From contig OY781066.1 in NCBI GenBank assembly GCA_963676395.1, forward strand, positions 864,001-928,000: DNA of 64,000 bases. Reading direction: 5' to 3'. Under the pieces are notes generated by a model. That model was not told where the DNA came from and did no database searches. It saw only the letters and a program-made list of their open reading frames with translations. The first letter of the stretch is position 1. Every line of letters begins with the position of its first letter. Made by a program: the position numbers and the translations under genes. The DNA comes from a bacterium. Lineage in GTDB: Bacteria; Fidelibacterota; Fidelibacteria; Fidelibacterales; Fidelibacteraceae. Positions 40,976 through 52,354 of the stretch are shown piece by piece.

Positions 40976-41890
40976 TTATCTATCAACTTCTGGCTTTTGG
41001 CTTCCGAACTCCGGCTCCGGAGGAAATATATCATTCCTAATCTCCATCAATTCCTCAACGGTATCAATCGAAGGATCTACTGGCACCAAAATTATCGGGT
41101 TCATACCCGGATCAGGATGCTGAATATTATTTGATTCCTGTTTTAAAATCTTCAGGGAAGCGTCAATTATAAATTGCTCTGAATTGTCAATCACATACCC
41201 AGTCAATGACCCATCTAAATTCAAGGTTAGATAATTTTCATATATTTCTCTTCGAGTAATATATATTTCTCCTTTAATTAATCCGGCAATACTGATCTCA
41301 ACAGTTACTCCCGGATGACCATCTTTATCGGGGTCAATTAAATTCGGGTCGTTTGGATCCGTTGACAGTGGTAATAAAGGATCTCCAACAATCCCTAAAA
41401 GCGTGGGGGTCGGCTCACGATAAAGCAACACTGTGCCATCACCGGTTAATCTTAAATTCACTTCCTGAATACGTGGTTTTATTGCTTGAACAGATGCATC
41501 GCTGAATTTTGAATTCACTATAGCCTGATTTATCTTTTGTGATGCTCTTACAAAAGAATCTTTTTGCATGAGCTTGCCATTTTCCAAATAAAAATCAGTA
41601 AAACCATAAGATATTATAAAAGTGCGCATAGGTGTTTTGGTTGTTGTATCTTCATATGATACAATATCGTAATGAGCATAATGACCGACTAAATTCTGTT
41701 TTACCACCTCCATATTGTTTTCTGCAAGAAGCGGTTCCGATGCGCTAAAATCATATAAAGGTGATCCGGGCCAAGCAAGTGGTTCCTGAGAACATGAGCT
41801 GAATATCAGAAGAAAGGATAAAAACATCAGACATAAAATAGTCCTTTGCCGATCATTCCTTTGTATAGCAAACAAGTATTGTTCTTTCAT
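40976..41890 (-). CDS. Hypothetical lipoprotein
   Basis: Lipobox-like FSSC; DPDKDGHPG Ca-binding-like loop. Confidence 0.7.
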   Translation of the reverse strand: MKEQYLFAIQRNDRQRTILCLMFLSFLLIFSSCSQEPLAWPGSPLYDFSASEPLLAENNMEVVKQNLVGHYAHYDIVSYEDTTTKTPMRTFIISYGFTDFYLENGKLMQKDSFVRASQKINQAIVNSKFSDASVQAIKPRIQEVNLRLTGDGTVLLYREPTPTLLGIVGDPLLPLSTDPNDPNLIDPDKDGHPGVTVEISIAGLIKGEIYITRREIYENYLTLNLDGSLTGYVIDNSEQFIIDASLKILKQESNNIQHPDPGMNPIILVPVDPSIDTVEELMEIRNDIFPPEPEFGSQKPEVDR

Positions 41891-42030
41891 GGGTTATCTC
41901 CCGTATAATTAAATAATTATACGAAATTTCAATTTCAAATAAAACAGCATTGTCATTTTAATGATATCTTTTTGATTTTTCTAATTTCCTTTGTAGTCTT
42001 TGTTATTAAAACATATTCCGGAGTCATTCT

Positions 42031-42816
42031 ATGAAACGAACATTTTTCATTTTCTTAATTTGCATTTCTACTTTTCTATCCGCTGAAACAAAGATCATTG
42101 CTCATCGCGGTTTTTCTGCCAAAGCACCCGAAAACACGTTAAGAGCTTTTAAACATGCTATTCGCAGCGGCGCAGAATATCTAGAATTGGACCTTCACAA
42201 ATCTAAGGACGATTCTATCATGGTCATCCATGATAAATATGTAGACAGAACAAGTTCTGATGGTTCTCGTGGAGCGGTAGCACAAATGACTTACGCAGAA
42301 TTACGAAAAGTTTGTGTTGGTTATTCAGATAAATTTGGAAAAAAATACAAACACGCCAAAATCCCAACCTTAAAAGAGACTTTATCTGCAACAAAAGGAA
42401 AGATCAAAGTCTGTATTGAAATAAAAGTTCACGATATCGAAAAAGATGTCATGAAAATTATCAACGACCTTAACATGAATAACGAAGTAATTATCTTTTC
42501 GTTTTACTATGATGTACTTGAAAAAATCAGAGAATTAGATGCGAATATTCCAATACTATATCTAAAAGGTAAAGCCACAGAAGAAACGCTTGAGCAAGCG
42601 CTTGCCATTTCGGCGCAAGCCGTGGGAATTGGCAGTCGCACGATGATCACGAAAAGTTACGTTGATCATGTTCACAAAAAAGGTCTTGAGCTTTGGCAAT
42701 GGACCGTCAACGAACCAAAAGATATGGAGCGTTTACTAGAGATGGACATAGATGGAATTATTACAAATTACCCGGATAAAGCGTTGGGTTTAAGAAAATT
42801 GAAAGCTAAAAATTGA
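42031..42816 (+). CDS. Glycerophosphodiester phosphodiesterase
   Basis: IIAHRG, APENTL, ELDL, VIHD, WTVN, DGIITNYP. Confidence 0.93.
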   Translation: MKRTFFIFLICISTFLSAETKIIAHRGFSAKAPENTLRAFKHAIRSGAEYLELDLHKSKDDSIMVIHDKYVDRTSSDGSRGAVAQMTYAELRKVCVGYSDKFGKKYKHAKIPTLKETLSATKGKIKVCIEIKVHDIEKDVMKIINDLNMNNEVIIFSFYYDVLEKIRELDANIPILYLKGKATEETLEQALAISAQAVGIGSRTMITKSYVDHVHKKGLELWQWTVNEPKDMERLLEMDIDGIITNYPDKALGLRKLKAKN

Positions 42817-43135
42817 GGCTGTTTAGTTTAATTTTATGCCCTGTTTTATAATCTAAAACCGAAATGTGAGCCCCTAAAGAATGAACGCCGGATAATAGAA
42901 TGTAAATGGTTTTTATTAATTCAACTGACTCAGTTTTCTTCATCTCCATAATATTTTAATCCTGCAAGTCGATAGAATTAATGCTCAAGTGGACCTTGAA
43001 TTTGGTATTATTCGGATCGAGGGCTAATTTCAATTCCACCCAAAAATCATTCTACCATTTAGACCCTGCTCCGCCCTTAGACTACCCTCCTACGTTTCTT
43101 TGGATCTAATAAAAAGCATAACGCCCTCTTCGTTG

Positions 43136-43603
43136 CTAATTTCTGCTAATGCTTTCCCTTAGTGAAACCATTTCTATCGCACTCATCACAGCATCCCAGC
43201 CTTTATTTCCGGCTTTGGTACCGGCGCGTTCCAGTGCCTGCTCAATACTATCAGTGGTAATAACTCCAAAAATGATCGGTTTACCGCTATCAAGTGAAAC
43301 CTTGGCAATACCTTTGCTAACTTCAGCAGCAACATAATCAAAATGCGGAGTCGCACCGCGAATCACAGCTCCCAAACACACAACAGCATCATAATCTTTG
43401 CCAGCCAACAGTTTCGCGGTAAGCGAAATTTCAAAAGCTCCCGGCACCCATGCGATATCAAGATCATTTTCACTACCGCCGTGACGTACAAAACAGTCCT
43501 TTGCGCCAGCTAGAAGTTCTTTGGTAATCAAATCATTAAATCGTGAAATCACAATGGCGATCTTCTGTCCCTTTGCGATAAGTTGTCCTTCGAAATGTTT
43601 CAT
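43136..43603 (-). CDS. ribH: 6,7-dimethyl-8-ribityllumazine synthase
   Basis: [33 protein letters not shown]. Confidence 0.97.
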   Translation of the reverse strand: MKHFEGQLIAKGQKIAIVISRFNDLITKELLAGAKDCFVRHGGSENDLDIAWVPGAFEISLTAKLLAGKDYDAVVCLGAVIRGATPHFDYVAAEVSKGIAKVSLDSGKPIIFGVITTDSIEQALERAGTKAGNKGWDAVMSAIEMVSLRESISRN

Positions 43604-43643
43604 ATATAGTTCTCCATGTTATTTGCTCTATTCAACCTCTTCC

Positions 43644-44885
43644 TTACTTTTGACTTTTGCCTTCAAGTATCATATGCTCCATTTTATCCCGCTTCGTCTC
43701 CAAATAAAACTTATTCTCTTCATTGGGTTCTATCTCTATCGGTACGCGTTCAATTATTTCTAAATCATAACCCGATAATCCGATAATCTTCTTAGGGTTG
43801 TTCGTCATCAATCGGATCTTATGAATACCCAAATCTTTAATAATTTGTGCACCTACACCATAATCACGCAAATCCGGTTGAAATCCCAATTCAATATTTG
43901 CTTCGACGGTATCCAATCCCCGATCCTGCAATTCGTATGCCATAAGTTTGTGCTTGAGACCAATGCCTCGACCTTCCTGCCTTAGATAGATCAAAGCGCC
44001 CTTGCCTTCTACAGCGATCTGTCGCAGTGCAGCATCCTTTTGTGCTCCGCAATCGCATCGGGCAGAATGAAAAACGTCCCCGGTAATACATTCGGAATGC
44101 ACTCTCAAAAGCACCGGCTCGTCTTCCTTAAATTCACCCATAGTGATGGCCAAATGTTCTTTGCCGTCCAACTGATCTTTATACATGGTAATATAGAAAT
44201 CACCATATCTGTTCGGAAATCTTACAGGTTTTTGTTTTTTAATAAAGCGTTCGTGCTTTCGACGGTAGCGAATCAAATCGGCAATGGTGATGATCTTGAT
44301 CTCGTATTTTTCAGCAAATTCCATTAGATTCGGTAAACGCATCATGGTCCCATCCTCATCCATGACCTCACACATCATTGCAACTGGGTTGACGTCTGCC
44401 AATTTACACAAATCCACCGATGCTTCGGTATGTCCGGTACGCCGTAACACACCACCTGCTTTCGCCGTGATCGGGAAAATATGCCCGGGTCGTCCCAGCT
44501 CTTTGGGTTGCGATATTTTATCTGCCAACACTTCAAAGGTCCTCGATCTATCCGCAGCGGATATACCGGTGCTTGTTCCTTCTACGGCATCCACCGAAAC
44601 GGTAAATCCTGTTTCATGCAATGATGAGTTCTGTCCCACCATGGGATGCAGTTCCAGTCGCTTGGCCGTACTCTCATCCACCGCCGCGCAGATCAGTCCG
44701 CGCGCTTTTCCTGCCACAAAATTAATGCTCTCGGCAGTTACAAATTCCCCAGCCTGTACAATATCTCCCTCATTTTCTCGTTGCGGATCATCCACTACAA
44801 GCAGCATCTTTCCCTGCCGAATATCTTCTATTGCTTCCTCAATACTATTAAACTTTCCTTCGTCATATAATTGCCGTTCAGTCAT
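43644..44885 (-). CDS. ribBA: Bifunctional DHBP synthase / GTP cyclohydrolase II
   Basis: DDPQRENEGD, TGISAADR, RPGHIFP, RVHSECITGD, RCDCG, QEGRGIGL; ATGA overlap with the ribE stop. Confidence 0.97.
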   Translation of the reverse strand: MTERQLYDEGKFNSIEEAIEDIRQGKMLLVVDDPQRENEGDIVQAGEFVTAESINFVAGKARGLICAAVDESTAKRLELHPMVGQNSSLHETGFTVSVDAVEGTSTGISAADRSRTFEVLADKISQPKELGRPGHIFPITAKAGGVLRRTGHTEASVDLCKLADVNPVAMMCEVMDEDGTMMRLPNLMEFAEKYEIKIITIADLIRYRRKHERFIKKQKPVRFPNRYGDFYITMYKDQLDGKEHLAITMGEFKEDEPVLLRVHSECITGDVFHSARCDCGAQKDAALRQIAVEGKGALIYLRQEGRGIGLKHKLMAYELQDRGLDTVEANIELGFQPDLRDYGVGAQIIKDLGIHKIRLMTNNPKKIIGLSGYDLEIIERVPIEIEPNEENKFYLETKRDKMEHMILEGKSQK

Positions 44886-45517
44886 AATGTATATCCCCAT
44901 GTTCTGAGTTTGTCTTTACTAATTTTGTTTTCTTCCTTCTTCATTTTCATCACATATTTCCCAAGAATATCTGTCTCGATATTCACCTTATCCCCCATTT
45001 TTATTTTTCCAAGAATACTATGGCGCAGGGAAAACGGAATCACTGCAATACTGAATTCTCCACCACGCACACTCATTATAGTCAGCGATACGCCATCAAT
45101 AGCTACGCTGCCTTTATTCACCATTAAATCAGTAAGTGCACGCTCGCAAACGAAAGTCATTTCGACACTATCGCCGATAGTCTTGATAGATATTAAAGTC
45201 GCTTGGCCATCAATATGTCCCTGAACTATATGACCATCCAATCGCCCCGAAGCCGGCATACCGCGTTCAAGATTCACTTCGCTCCCACTACGCCAAAAAC
45301 GGCATGTACTGCGTTGAATTGTCTCGTGGACCGCATCTACAGTAATGCTATTTGCATTCTTTGCCATCACCGTCAGACAAATACCATTCACAGCAAGTGA
45401 GTCATCAATCTCGATTTCAGAAGCGATATCGGGAGCCGAAATAGTAATGGTTTTTCCGGTTGCGGTGGACGTGATGAATTGTATTTTACCGATGGTTTCG
45501 ATGATACCTGTGAACAT
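44882..45517 (-). CDS. ribE: Riboflavin synthase
   Basis: MFTGII N-terminus, NGICLTV, GHIVQGHID, KGSVAIDGVSLT. Confidence 0.96.
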   Translation of the reverse strand: MFTGIIETIGKIQFITSTATGKTITISAPDIASEIEIDDSLAVNGICLTVMAKNANSITVDAVHETIQRSTCRFWRSGSEVNLERGMPASGRLDGHIVQGHIDGQATLISIKTIGDSVEMTFVCERALTDLMVNKGSVAIDGVSLTIMSVRGGEFSIAVIPFSLRHSILGKIKMGDKVNIETDILGKYVMKMKKEENKISKDKLRTWGYTL

Positions 45518-46663
45518 TTATTCTCCCAATGAGCGGACAAATGGATCCGCAGCAATGTTTTCCGTATAAGATTTTATAATGCCAGAAAAATACATATCAG
45601 AGCCAATCTGCTGCCATGTATGTGTTTTAAATTTCTGTGCATCGGGCATAAGTTTTTCGGGAATACGCATCATACGAATTCCGCTACCAAGAAGCATGGG
45701 GGCAATTACACAATCCACACGATCAATAAGATCTAGTTCTGCCAACATGCTATGAAGTCCGCCTCCACCTTCGCAGAGAATCGAATTCACCCCTTTCTTT
45801 CCAAGAATTTTCAAACCCTCGCGCAAGCTTCCGATCCCGGGTGTTTGACATTCTATCAATTCCACCCCCCAATTTTTCATCTGAGCACGCCATTGCAAGG
45901 TGGCTTGAGGTCCGCATATAACCATGGTAGAAATATCTTTTGCTCCTTGAACAAGTTTTAAATGCGTCGGCAGAGCACCCTCCGGATCATACACCACTCT
46001 TATCGGATCATCACCTTCGGCATCACGAACCGTTAACATAGGATCATCTTTTATGGCGGTGCCCAAGCCAATGAGGTCGGCATCCATACGAGCACGCATT
46101 TTATGCACAAGTACACGGGCAGCATCATTGGAAATCCATTGAGATATTCCATTTTTATCGGCAACATAACCATCTAAAGTAATGGCCATTTTGGCGATCA
46201 CATAAGGCAAATCTGTTTGCATTATTTTTATAAAAGGTTGATTCAATGCCAAACAATCTTCTTGCAATACATTTTCCACCACCTCGATACCCGCATCTTG
46301 CAATTGCTTTACACCCTTGCCGGCTACCAGAGGATTAGGATCTCGCATACCGATCACAACACGCTTAATGCCCGATCTGATAATTTTCTGCGTACAGGGA
46401 GGTGTCTTACCGGTATGACAACAAGGTTCCAGTGTGACATAAATATCACAGTCTCGTACATCCGGACCTGAATTATTAATGGCTTTAACCTCAGCATGCG
46501 GACCGCCGTAACATTCATGCCGACCACGTCCAATGATATTTCCATCTCGAACGACCACAGCTCCGGTTCTTGGATTTGGCGAGACCCGACAGCGTGTACT
46601 TTCTGCCATGCGTATCGCTTCACGCATCAGCGAACGCATGGGCGCAACATTTTTATTGTCCAT
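45518..46663 (-). CDS. ribD: Diaminohydroxyphosphoribosylaminopyrimidine deaminase/reductase
   Basis: PNPRTG, HAEV, TLEPCCH..TPPC, DPNP, EGGG; start set at MDNKN, downstream of the riboswitch. Confidence 0.95.
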   Translation of the reverse strand: MDNKNVAPMRSLMREAIRMAESTRCRVSPNPRTGAVVVRDGNIIGRGRHECYGGPHAEVKAINNSGPDVRDCDIYVTLEPCCHTGKTPPCTQKIIRSGIKRVVIGMRDPNPLVAGKGVKQLQDAGIEVVENVLQEDCLALNQPFIKIMQTDLPYVIAKMAITLDGYVADKNGISQWISNDAARVLVHKMRARMDADLIGLGTAIKDDPMLTVRDAEGDDPIRVVYDPEGALPTHLKLVQGAKDISTMVICGPQATLQWRAQMKNWGVELIECQTPGIGSLREGLKILGKKGVNSILCEGGGGLHSMLAELDLIDRVDCVIAPMLLGSGIRMMRIPEKLMPDAQKFKTHTWQQIGSDMYFSGIIKSYTENIAADPFVRSLGE

Positions 46664-46704
46664 AAAAATTCCCCATGACTCGGGGAAGAAAGAGGGTTCT
46701 ATGT

Positions 46705-46823
46705 TATCTTCTATCATCCGGACTATACCGTCGGCGACTGAATTTCACAGTCTCAGTCCATACTGTTGTACAGACTCGCGGGCTTTCACCGCCGGTAGGG
46801 ACATGCTCCCTTCCCCGAAGATA
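46705..46823 (-). promoter_or_regulatory. FMN riboswitch (RFN element)
   Basis: TATCTTCGGGG..TCCCTACCGGCGGTGAAAGCCCGCGA...GTGAAATTC..GCCGACGGTATAGTCCGGATGATAGAAGATA upstream of ribD; downstream hairpin TTCCCC..GGGGAA+TTTTT covers the RBS. Confidence 0.92.
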
Positions 46824-47304
46824 CAAGAATATAGGAAGAGGAAAGAATAAAGACAAAAGATAAAAAGTTAAATCGTGGAATCGTTTAAGGATCCCTTGGT
46901 CATATAAATACAACCGACTCGACTCGATATCAACTCAAGCGAGGCGGTTGCAAACAATATAAACCGACTCGGTTCCATTAGCTCAAAATCGAGTCGATCA
47001 TTTATTCAATCTTACATATCCTCACAATACTTGCCTCCAAATATATTTGTCGAGTTAACTCAACTTAAAGCATCTGTAATTAAGTCAATCATATTCTTTT
47101 GCATTAACTCAATAATAAAACACCTCAATTGATTCAATCATAACTTTTCACATATATGTCCCTGCTAATACCAAAATAAGATAAACACGCATGCTATTTA
47201 ATTCAATACTTTAACAATTCAGCAATTCAACCCCATTATTCTTAATCTCAGTCTTAACACTCAAATATCTTCCTCTTTATAAACTAAAGCATTAGATTAA
47301 AACC

Positions 47305-47934
47305 ATGGCACTAGAACAGCTCCTATCATTCATCATCGCCTCTGCAGTACTGACGATTCTGCCCGGGCCGGATAATATTTTCGTATTAACACAAAGTCTA
47401 ACACTAGGTAGACGCGAGGGTGTGTCCATTTCCCTTGGACTCGTATCCGGATTGATCGTACATACCTTTCTTGCTGCTTTTGGTATTTCTCTATTGATCT
47501 CACAATCCCCCACAGCTTTTGCGATCATAAAATATTTGGGGGCTGCTTACATATTCTATATAGCACTTATGGCATTAAATGAAAGATCCAATCAGGAAAT
47601 TCAGTTTAATGGCAGTACCCCAAAAGAACGATCCTTTGCGTCACTCTGGGCAAAAGGTTTTGTCATGAATCTCTTAAACCCCAAGGTCATCATTTTTTTC
47701 CTGGCTTTCTTTCCTCAATTTCTCATTAAAAGCTCTCTACCCAATCACTGGCAAATGGTCATTCTTGGCTTATGCTTTATGCTAATTGCCTTCATCATTT
47801 TTTCACTCATTGCTTTTCTCGCCGGATCTTTCAGTAAATATATTAACAAGCCGCGGTTTTGGCTTATGGTTAAATGGGTGAAGTTCTTTGTCTTAACGGG
47901 GATCGCTTTGGCCTTATTGCTGACATCACATTAA
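47305..47934 (+). CDS. LysE/RhtB family translocator
   Basis: PGPDNIFV, KYLGAAY, NLLNPKVIIFFLAFFPQF. Confidence 0.92.
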   Translation: MALEQLLSFIIASAVLTILPGPDNIFVLTQSLTLGRREGVSISLGLVSGLIVHTFLAAFGISLLISQSPTAFAIIKYLGAAYIFYIALMALNERSNQEIQFNGSTPKERSFASLWAKGFVMNLLNPKVIIFFLAFFPQFLIKSSLPNHWQMVILGLCFMLIAFIIFSLIAFLAGSFSKYINKPRFWLMVKWVKFFVLTGIALALLLTSH

Positions 47935-48169
47935 ACATCATACAAAAACACAAACCTTATTAGGTCACAAAGAATAAAATTAGTTCAATTTTGCATACTA
48001 TCTTCTGTCTTTAATTATTTGCACTGTAGGGTGACGTATTGTTTTGGTTTTTTTTATTTTCTCCCTAAATTCATGTAACGATATTTTACGTTTCAACAAA
48101 CATCGGGATTTATTCCCTAAAGTCGGATGTAGCATTCCCGGCACTTTTTGCATTGTATGGAGAACATGA

Positions 48170-49108
48170 ATGAAAGTCATTACCATCGCTCTCGGCGGTA
48201 ACGCACTCGGAAAAAACCCACAAGAACAACAAGAAAACATTGCGAAAGCTGTCCCTTCCTTAGTCGATCTGATCACTCAAGGACATAAGATCATTCTCAC
48301 TCACGGCAACGGCCCTCAGGTCGGCATGATCTATAACTCATTTGCCTATGGTTCTAAAAATTCCGACAGGATCGCCTCCATCGCTCTTCAAGAATGTACG
48401 GCCATGAGCCAAGGATATATCGGATATCATCTTCAGCAAGGTATTATGAAAGAACTTCGTCGCCTGGGTATGCCCTGGAATGTTGCCACCCTGGTTTCTC
48501 AGGTCTCTGTAGATCCAAATGATCCATCTTTTAAAAAACCCACTAAACCTATCGGTGATTTTTATACCAAAGAAGAAGCTGAATCGCTTATGACAGAAAA
48601 TCCTGATCAAATTTTCATGGAAGATGCCGGTCGTGGATGGCGGCGGGTGGTTGCATCACCTAAACCTATCTACATTGTCGAGCAAAAATCCATTCTTAAC
48701 CTTTTGGATCATAAATTCATTGTCATCACTTGTGGCGGTGGGGGTATTCCGGTCATAAAAGATGAACATAATAATTACCACGGTGTATCAGCCGTGATCG
48801 ACAAGGATTTTACCGGCGCCATGCTGGCCGATATTGTTGACGCGCACTACCTGTTTATCCTGACAGCTGTTGATCATGTTTGTTTAAATTTTGGTACCAA
48901 GAAAGAAAAAATCATTAAAGAAATGTCTGCCAAGCAGGCAAGAAAGTACATCAAAGCCGATCATTTTGCCGAAGGTTCCATGTTACCCAAAATCGAGGCC
49001 GCACTTCATTTCGTCGAGGCCGCACCTAACAGAAAAACCGTGATCACCTCATTGGAAAAAGCCAATTATGCAATGAGCGGTGAGGTTGGAACAGTGATTT
49101 ACAGTTAG
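48170..49108 (+). CDS. arcC: Carbamate kinase
   Basis: IALGGNAL, THGNGPQVG, PTKPIG, GGGGIPV, AVIDKD, GSMLPKIEAA. Confidence 0.95.
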   Translation: MKVITIALGGNALGKNPQEQQENIAKAVPSLVDLITQGHKIILTHGNGPQVGMIYNSFAYGSKNSDRIASIALQECTAMSQGYIGYHLQQGIMKELRRLGMPWNVATLVSQVSVDPNDPSFKKPTKPIGDFYTKEEAESLMTENPDQIFMEDAGRGWRRVVASPKPIYIVEQKSILNLLDHKFIVITCGGGGIPVIKDEHNNYHGVSAVIDKDFTGAMLADIVDAHYLFILTAVDHVCLNFGTKKEKIIKEMSAKQARKYIKADHFAEGSMLPKIEAALHFVEAAPNRKTVITSLEKANYAMSGEVGTVIYS

Positions 49109-49244
49109 CTTATACACTGAGAAAATATATTATCATTAGTATAAAAACATTGAGGTGGACAAAAAATGGAAAATTAAACCTATTCTTAACTCTCATTTTT
49201 TTCTGCTAAGCACTCATTATCTCTAAACCCTTTGTTCACAACTC

Positions 49245-50375
49245 TTATTCGTACCCAAACTCTCTAAAATAAAAATCCAGATCCTTGCGCACTCTTATTT
49301 TCTGTTCAGGTGACAATTCTTTAAAGACGTTTTTTTTGTATCCTTTGACCTCTTCCAGGTGCTGTTTGATCTGGGGTTCCACTACCTTGAAATCAGGTAA
49401 ACTCAACTTTTCATAGATATTTTTAATCGTTTCATAAGGCTTTTCTGAAAGATCTTTATAAGCGATCTCAATTAGATTCCCTTCAGGGATTAAATGACGA
49501 TCATCCAAATATTTTCTGAGTGTTTCGCGCGATTCATACATGACCAGATCTTCTATCTCTTTATCAGAAACATCATGAAAAAATTGCGTGCGAACAACTT
49601 TATCATACATATGCAATGTTGACAAATAAACCGTATAGGGATCACGGTGTAAAAAGACAAACTTTGCGTGCGGAAATAATTCCAGCAATTCTTTGACACG
49701 TCCCGTATTATGCGGATTTTTCAATAGAAGGGGTTTGTAATTATTATAGACCGAAATATTCCTGAGCAAATAAATGAAATCCCGGCGCCATAAACGTTTT
49801 TCCCTAATGGAAATACCTTTAAAAACATTGTATTTATCAAAGTACATACGGTTTCTCGGAAAAAAGAACGTATGCATACCGGTACGAGTCGAGATCATGC
49901 TGAAAGGCTGTTCTTCTTCGGCGGGATAGGTGGGTCCAACTTTGATATTATCCTGCGACCGTTCATCGGGAAAAAGAGGTTTAGACAGAATCCGCATTAG
50001 TTTGGGACTGAGCAAGGCCACGGTAAAAATAAAGGCCTGATAATTGCTCAAGTACCCGAAGCGCTTATCCAGATGAAGCAAATTGTGCATAAACGTCGTG
50101 CCGGTTCGCCAGTGGCCAATTACGAACAGAGGTGGTTTATCTTCAAAATTGATCCGTTTTAGTCTTCCTCTAAATAAATTATTCTGCAATAATTGCAAAG
50201 GACGAGACAAATATGACATAAAAGCAATGCGTCGTGTCATGGGACGATATTTTTTATCGATCGTATTTTCTCGTTTCAATTTTCTCCACACATCGGGGCG
50301 AGATAAATACAGTGAATGTTGGGAGATCACATAGCGTTTCTTGGGGTTCTTATGATCATTTTGAATGATATCCAT
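49245..50375 (-). CDS. PAPS-dependent sulfotransferase (Sulfotransfer_3 / Stf3-like)
   Basis: PLFVIGHWRTGTT (5'-PSB loop), P.EEE, LLKNPHNTGR, FVFLHRDP (3'-PB). Confidence 0.88.
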   Translation of the reverse strand: MDIIQNDHKNPKKRYVISQHSLYLSRPDVWRKLKRENTIDKKYRPMTRRIAFMSYLSRPLQLLQNNLFRGRLKRINFEDKPPLFVIGHWRTGTTFMHNLLHLDKRFGYLSNYQAFIFTVALLSPKLMRILSKPLFPDERSQDNIKVGPTYPAEEEQPFSMISTRTGMHTFFFPRNRMYFDKYNVFKGISIREKRLWRRDFIYLLRNISVYNNYKPLLLKNPHNTGRVKELLELFPHAKFVFLHRDPYTVYLSTLHMYDKVVRTQFFHDVSDKEIEDLVMYESRETLRKYLDDRHLIPEGNLIEIAYKDLSEKPYETIKNIYEKLSLPDFKVVEPQIKQHLEEVKGYKKNVFKELSPEQKIRVRKDLDFYFREFGYE

Positions 50376-50383
50376 ATTTTTTC

Positions 50384-52285
50384 CTACTTACTTTGAATTA
50401 TTTCTACAATGCTCTCAACACTAGCGGTTTTAATATCAAGCGTTACATCCGGATTTTTAGGTATCTCGTAAGGCGAATCAACGCCTGCGAGGTGTTGTAG
50501 TTTTCCTTCTTCAGCAAGTTTATATAATTCAGGTGCGTGTATTTTGCTTGTTTCAAGATCCGTAGACATATATACCAATGAAAATCTGTCTTCACCAATG
50601 ATCTTTTTAACCTGTTTTCTAATATCTTTTAAGGGCGAAATAAAAGTACAGATCACAATAATACCCTGATCGTTTAAAAGGCGACACACTTCGGCAACAC
50701 GACGTAAATGCTCAGCGCGGTCTGCCGATGAATAATCCAGCTCCTTGGATAATCCGGCACGAACTTTGTTGCCGTCCAGCAAGACAGTCACATGTCCAAG
50801 ATCAAATAGTCGTTTTTCCAGCATATAAGCAACATCGGTTTTACCGCTGCCGTGAAGACCAGTGATCCAAATGGTCTGACCCTTTTGTTGCATCTTTGCT
50901 TCACGTTCTTTTAGAGAAACTAAACTTTCACCTTCAGCAACCTTTTTTCTATCGGCATCCGAAATACGATTCGGCAGATCTTCGGCAGATACGCGATCGA
51001 TGATCATACCAACGGCACAGGTATTATGCGTCACGGGATCGATCAAGATAAATGACCCTGTTTCACGATTTTTTTCATAGGCATCAAAGAATAAGGTCTT
51101 CGATGTTGTCACCACCACACGACCAATCTCATTTAGTTTAAAGTAATCCACTTCTGAGCGATGCATAGAATTGACATCTATCTTATAGCGGATCTTGTCA
51201 ATACGAGCTTTGGTCAGATTCGTGGTTTGTTTGATAATAAAATTTGTATTCGGATTCATCTCATTTTCATCCATCCATACCAACATGGCTTCAAAATGTC
51301 GTTCCACTCTGGGTTGGTTATGTGGATGTACCAGCATATCACCGCGCGAAATATCAATTTCGTCTTCAAGTGTCACCGTTACGCTTTCAGGTGGAAATGC
51401 ATAATCCTGCTCACCATCATAAGTAACAATCTCCTTGACCCTAGATGTTTTGCGCGACGGCAATACCATCAGCTCATCACCCTTACGGACAATACCGGAG
51501 GCAACCTTTGCTGAAAAACCACGGAAATTATGTTCGGGACGCAACACATACTGTACCGGATAACGGAGATCGGTAAAGTTACGATCTGAAGATACATGAA
51601 TAGTTTCCAACAATTCAAGGATCGGCTGACCATTGTACCATGTCATGTTTTGGGACAAGTTCACAACATTATCACCATTAAGTGCCGACATTGGAATAAA
51701 ATGCACATCCGGGATATCTAATCGAGTTAAAAAAGCTTTATAATCTTCACAAATACTATTAAAGACGTCCTGCTTATAGTCAACCAGATCCATTTTATTT
51801 ACAGCTAAAACAACATGCTTAATACCCAATAGAGAGATCAAAAATGTATGGCGTTTAGTCTGAGTGATCACACCTTTGGTGGCATCAACTAGAATAATGG
51901 CCAGGTTAGCAGTTGATGCACCGGTCACCATATTTCGTGTATACTGTTCATGTCCGGGTGTATCGGCAATAATGAATTTACGACGATTCGTTGAAAAATA
52001 ACGATACGCCACATCAATAGTGATACCCTGTTCACGTTCGGCTTTTAATCCATCCAGCAACAGTGCGTAATCAATCTTTTCACCGGCATGGCCCACGCGT
52101 TTAGAATCGCGCTCAAGAGCGACCAATTGATCCTCGTATAAACGTTTTGAATCAAATAACAAACGACCGATCAAGGTTGATTTGCCGTCATCCACCGAAC
52201 CGGCGGTTAATAAACGAAGGAGATCTTTCTTCTCGTCCTGTGCGAGAAATTCCTCTATGTTTAATGCTTTTGTTTTGTCTTCCAT
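50384..52285 (-). CDS. cysNC: Sulfate adenylyltransferase subunit 1 fused to an APS kinase-like domain
   Basis: [43 protein letters not shown]-terminal [15 protein letters not shown]. Confidence 0.95.
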   Translation of the reverse strand: MEDKTKALNIEEFLAQDEKKDLLRLLTAGSVDDGKSTLIGRLLFDSKRLYEDQLVALERDSKRVGHAGEKIDYALLLDGLKAEREQGITIDVAYRYFSTNRRKFIIADTPGHEQYTRNMVTGASTANLAIILVDATKGVITQTKRHTFLISLLGIKHVVLAVNKMDLVDYKQDVFNSICEDYKAFLTRLDIPDVHFIPMSALNGDNVVNLSQNMTWYNGQPILELLETIHVSSDRNFTDLRYPVQYVLRPEHNFRGFSAKVASGIVRKGDELMVLPSRKTSRVKEIVTYDGEQDYAFPPESVTVTLEDEIDISRGDMLVHPHNQPRVERHFEAMLVWMDENEMNPNTNFIIKQTTNLTKARIDKIRYKIDVNSMHRSEVDYFKLNEIGRVVVTTSKTLFFDAYEKNRETGSFILIDPVTHNTCAVGMIIDRVSAEDLPNRISDADRKKVAEGESLVSLKEREAKMQQKGQTIWITGLHGSGKTDVAYMLEKRLFDLGHVTVLLDGNKVRAGLSKELDYSSADRAEHLRRVAEVCRLLNDQGIIVICTFISPLKDIRKQVKKIIGEDRFSLVYMSTDLETSKIHAPELYKLAEEGKLQHLAGVDSPYEIPKNPDVTLDIKTASVESIVEIIQSK

Positions 52286-52354
52286 GGTGTCCTGTATCTT
52301 TTATGTGTAGGAAACCCCGCAGCTTCGGGGAGACCGTTCCTTACATTTAATAAT

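Noticed and set aside
46664..46717. N-terminal extension of RibD in the ORF track
   Set aside because: Overlaps the FMN riboswitch and its expression platform; ATG at 46663 is more plausible.
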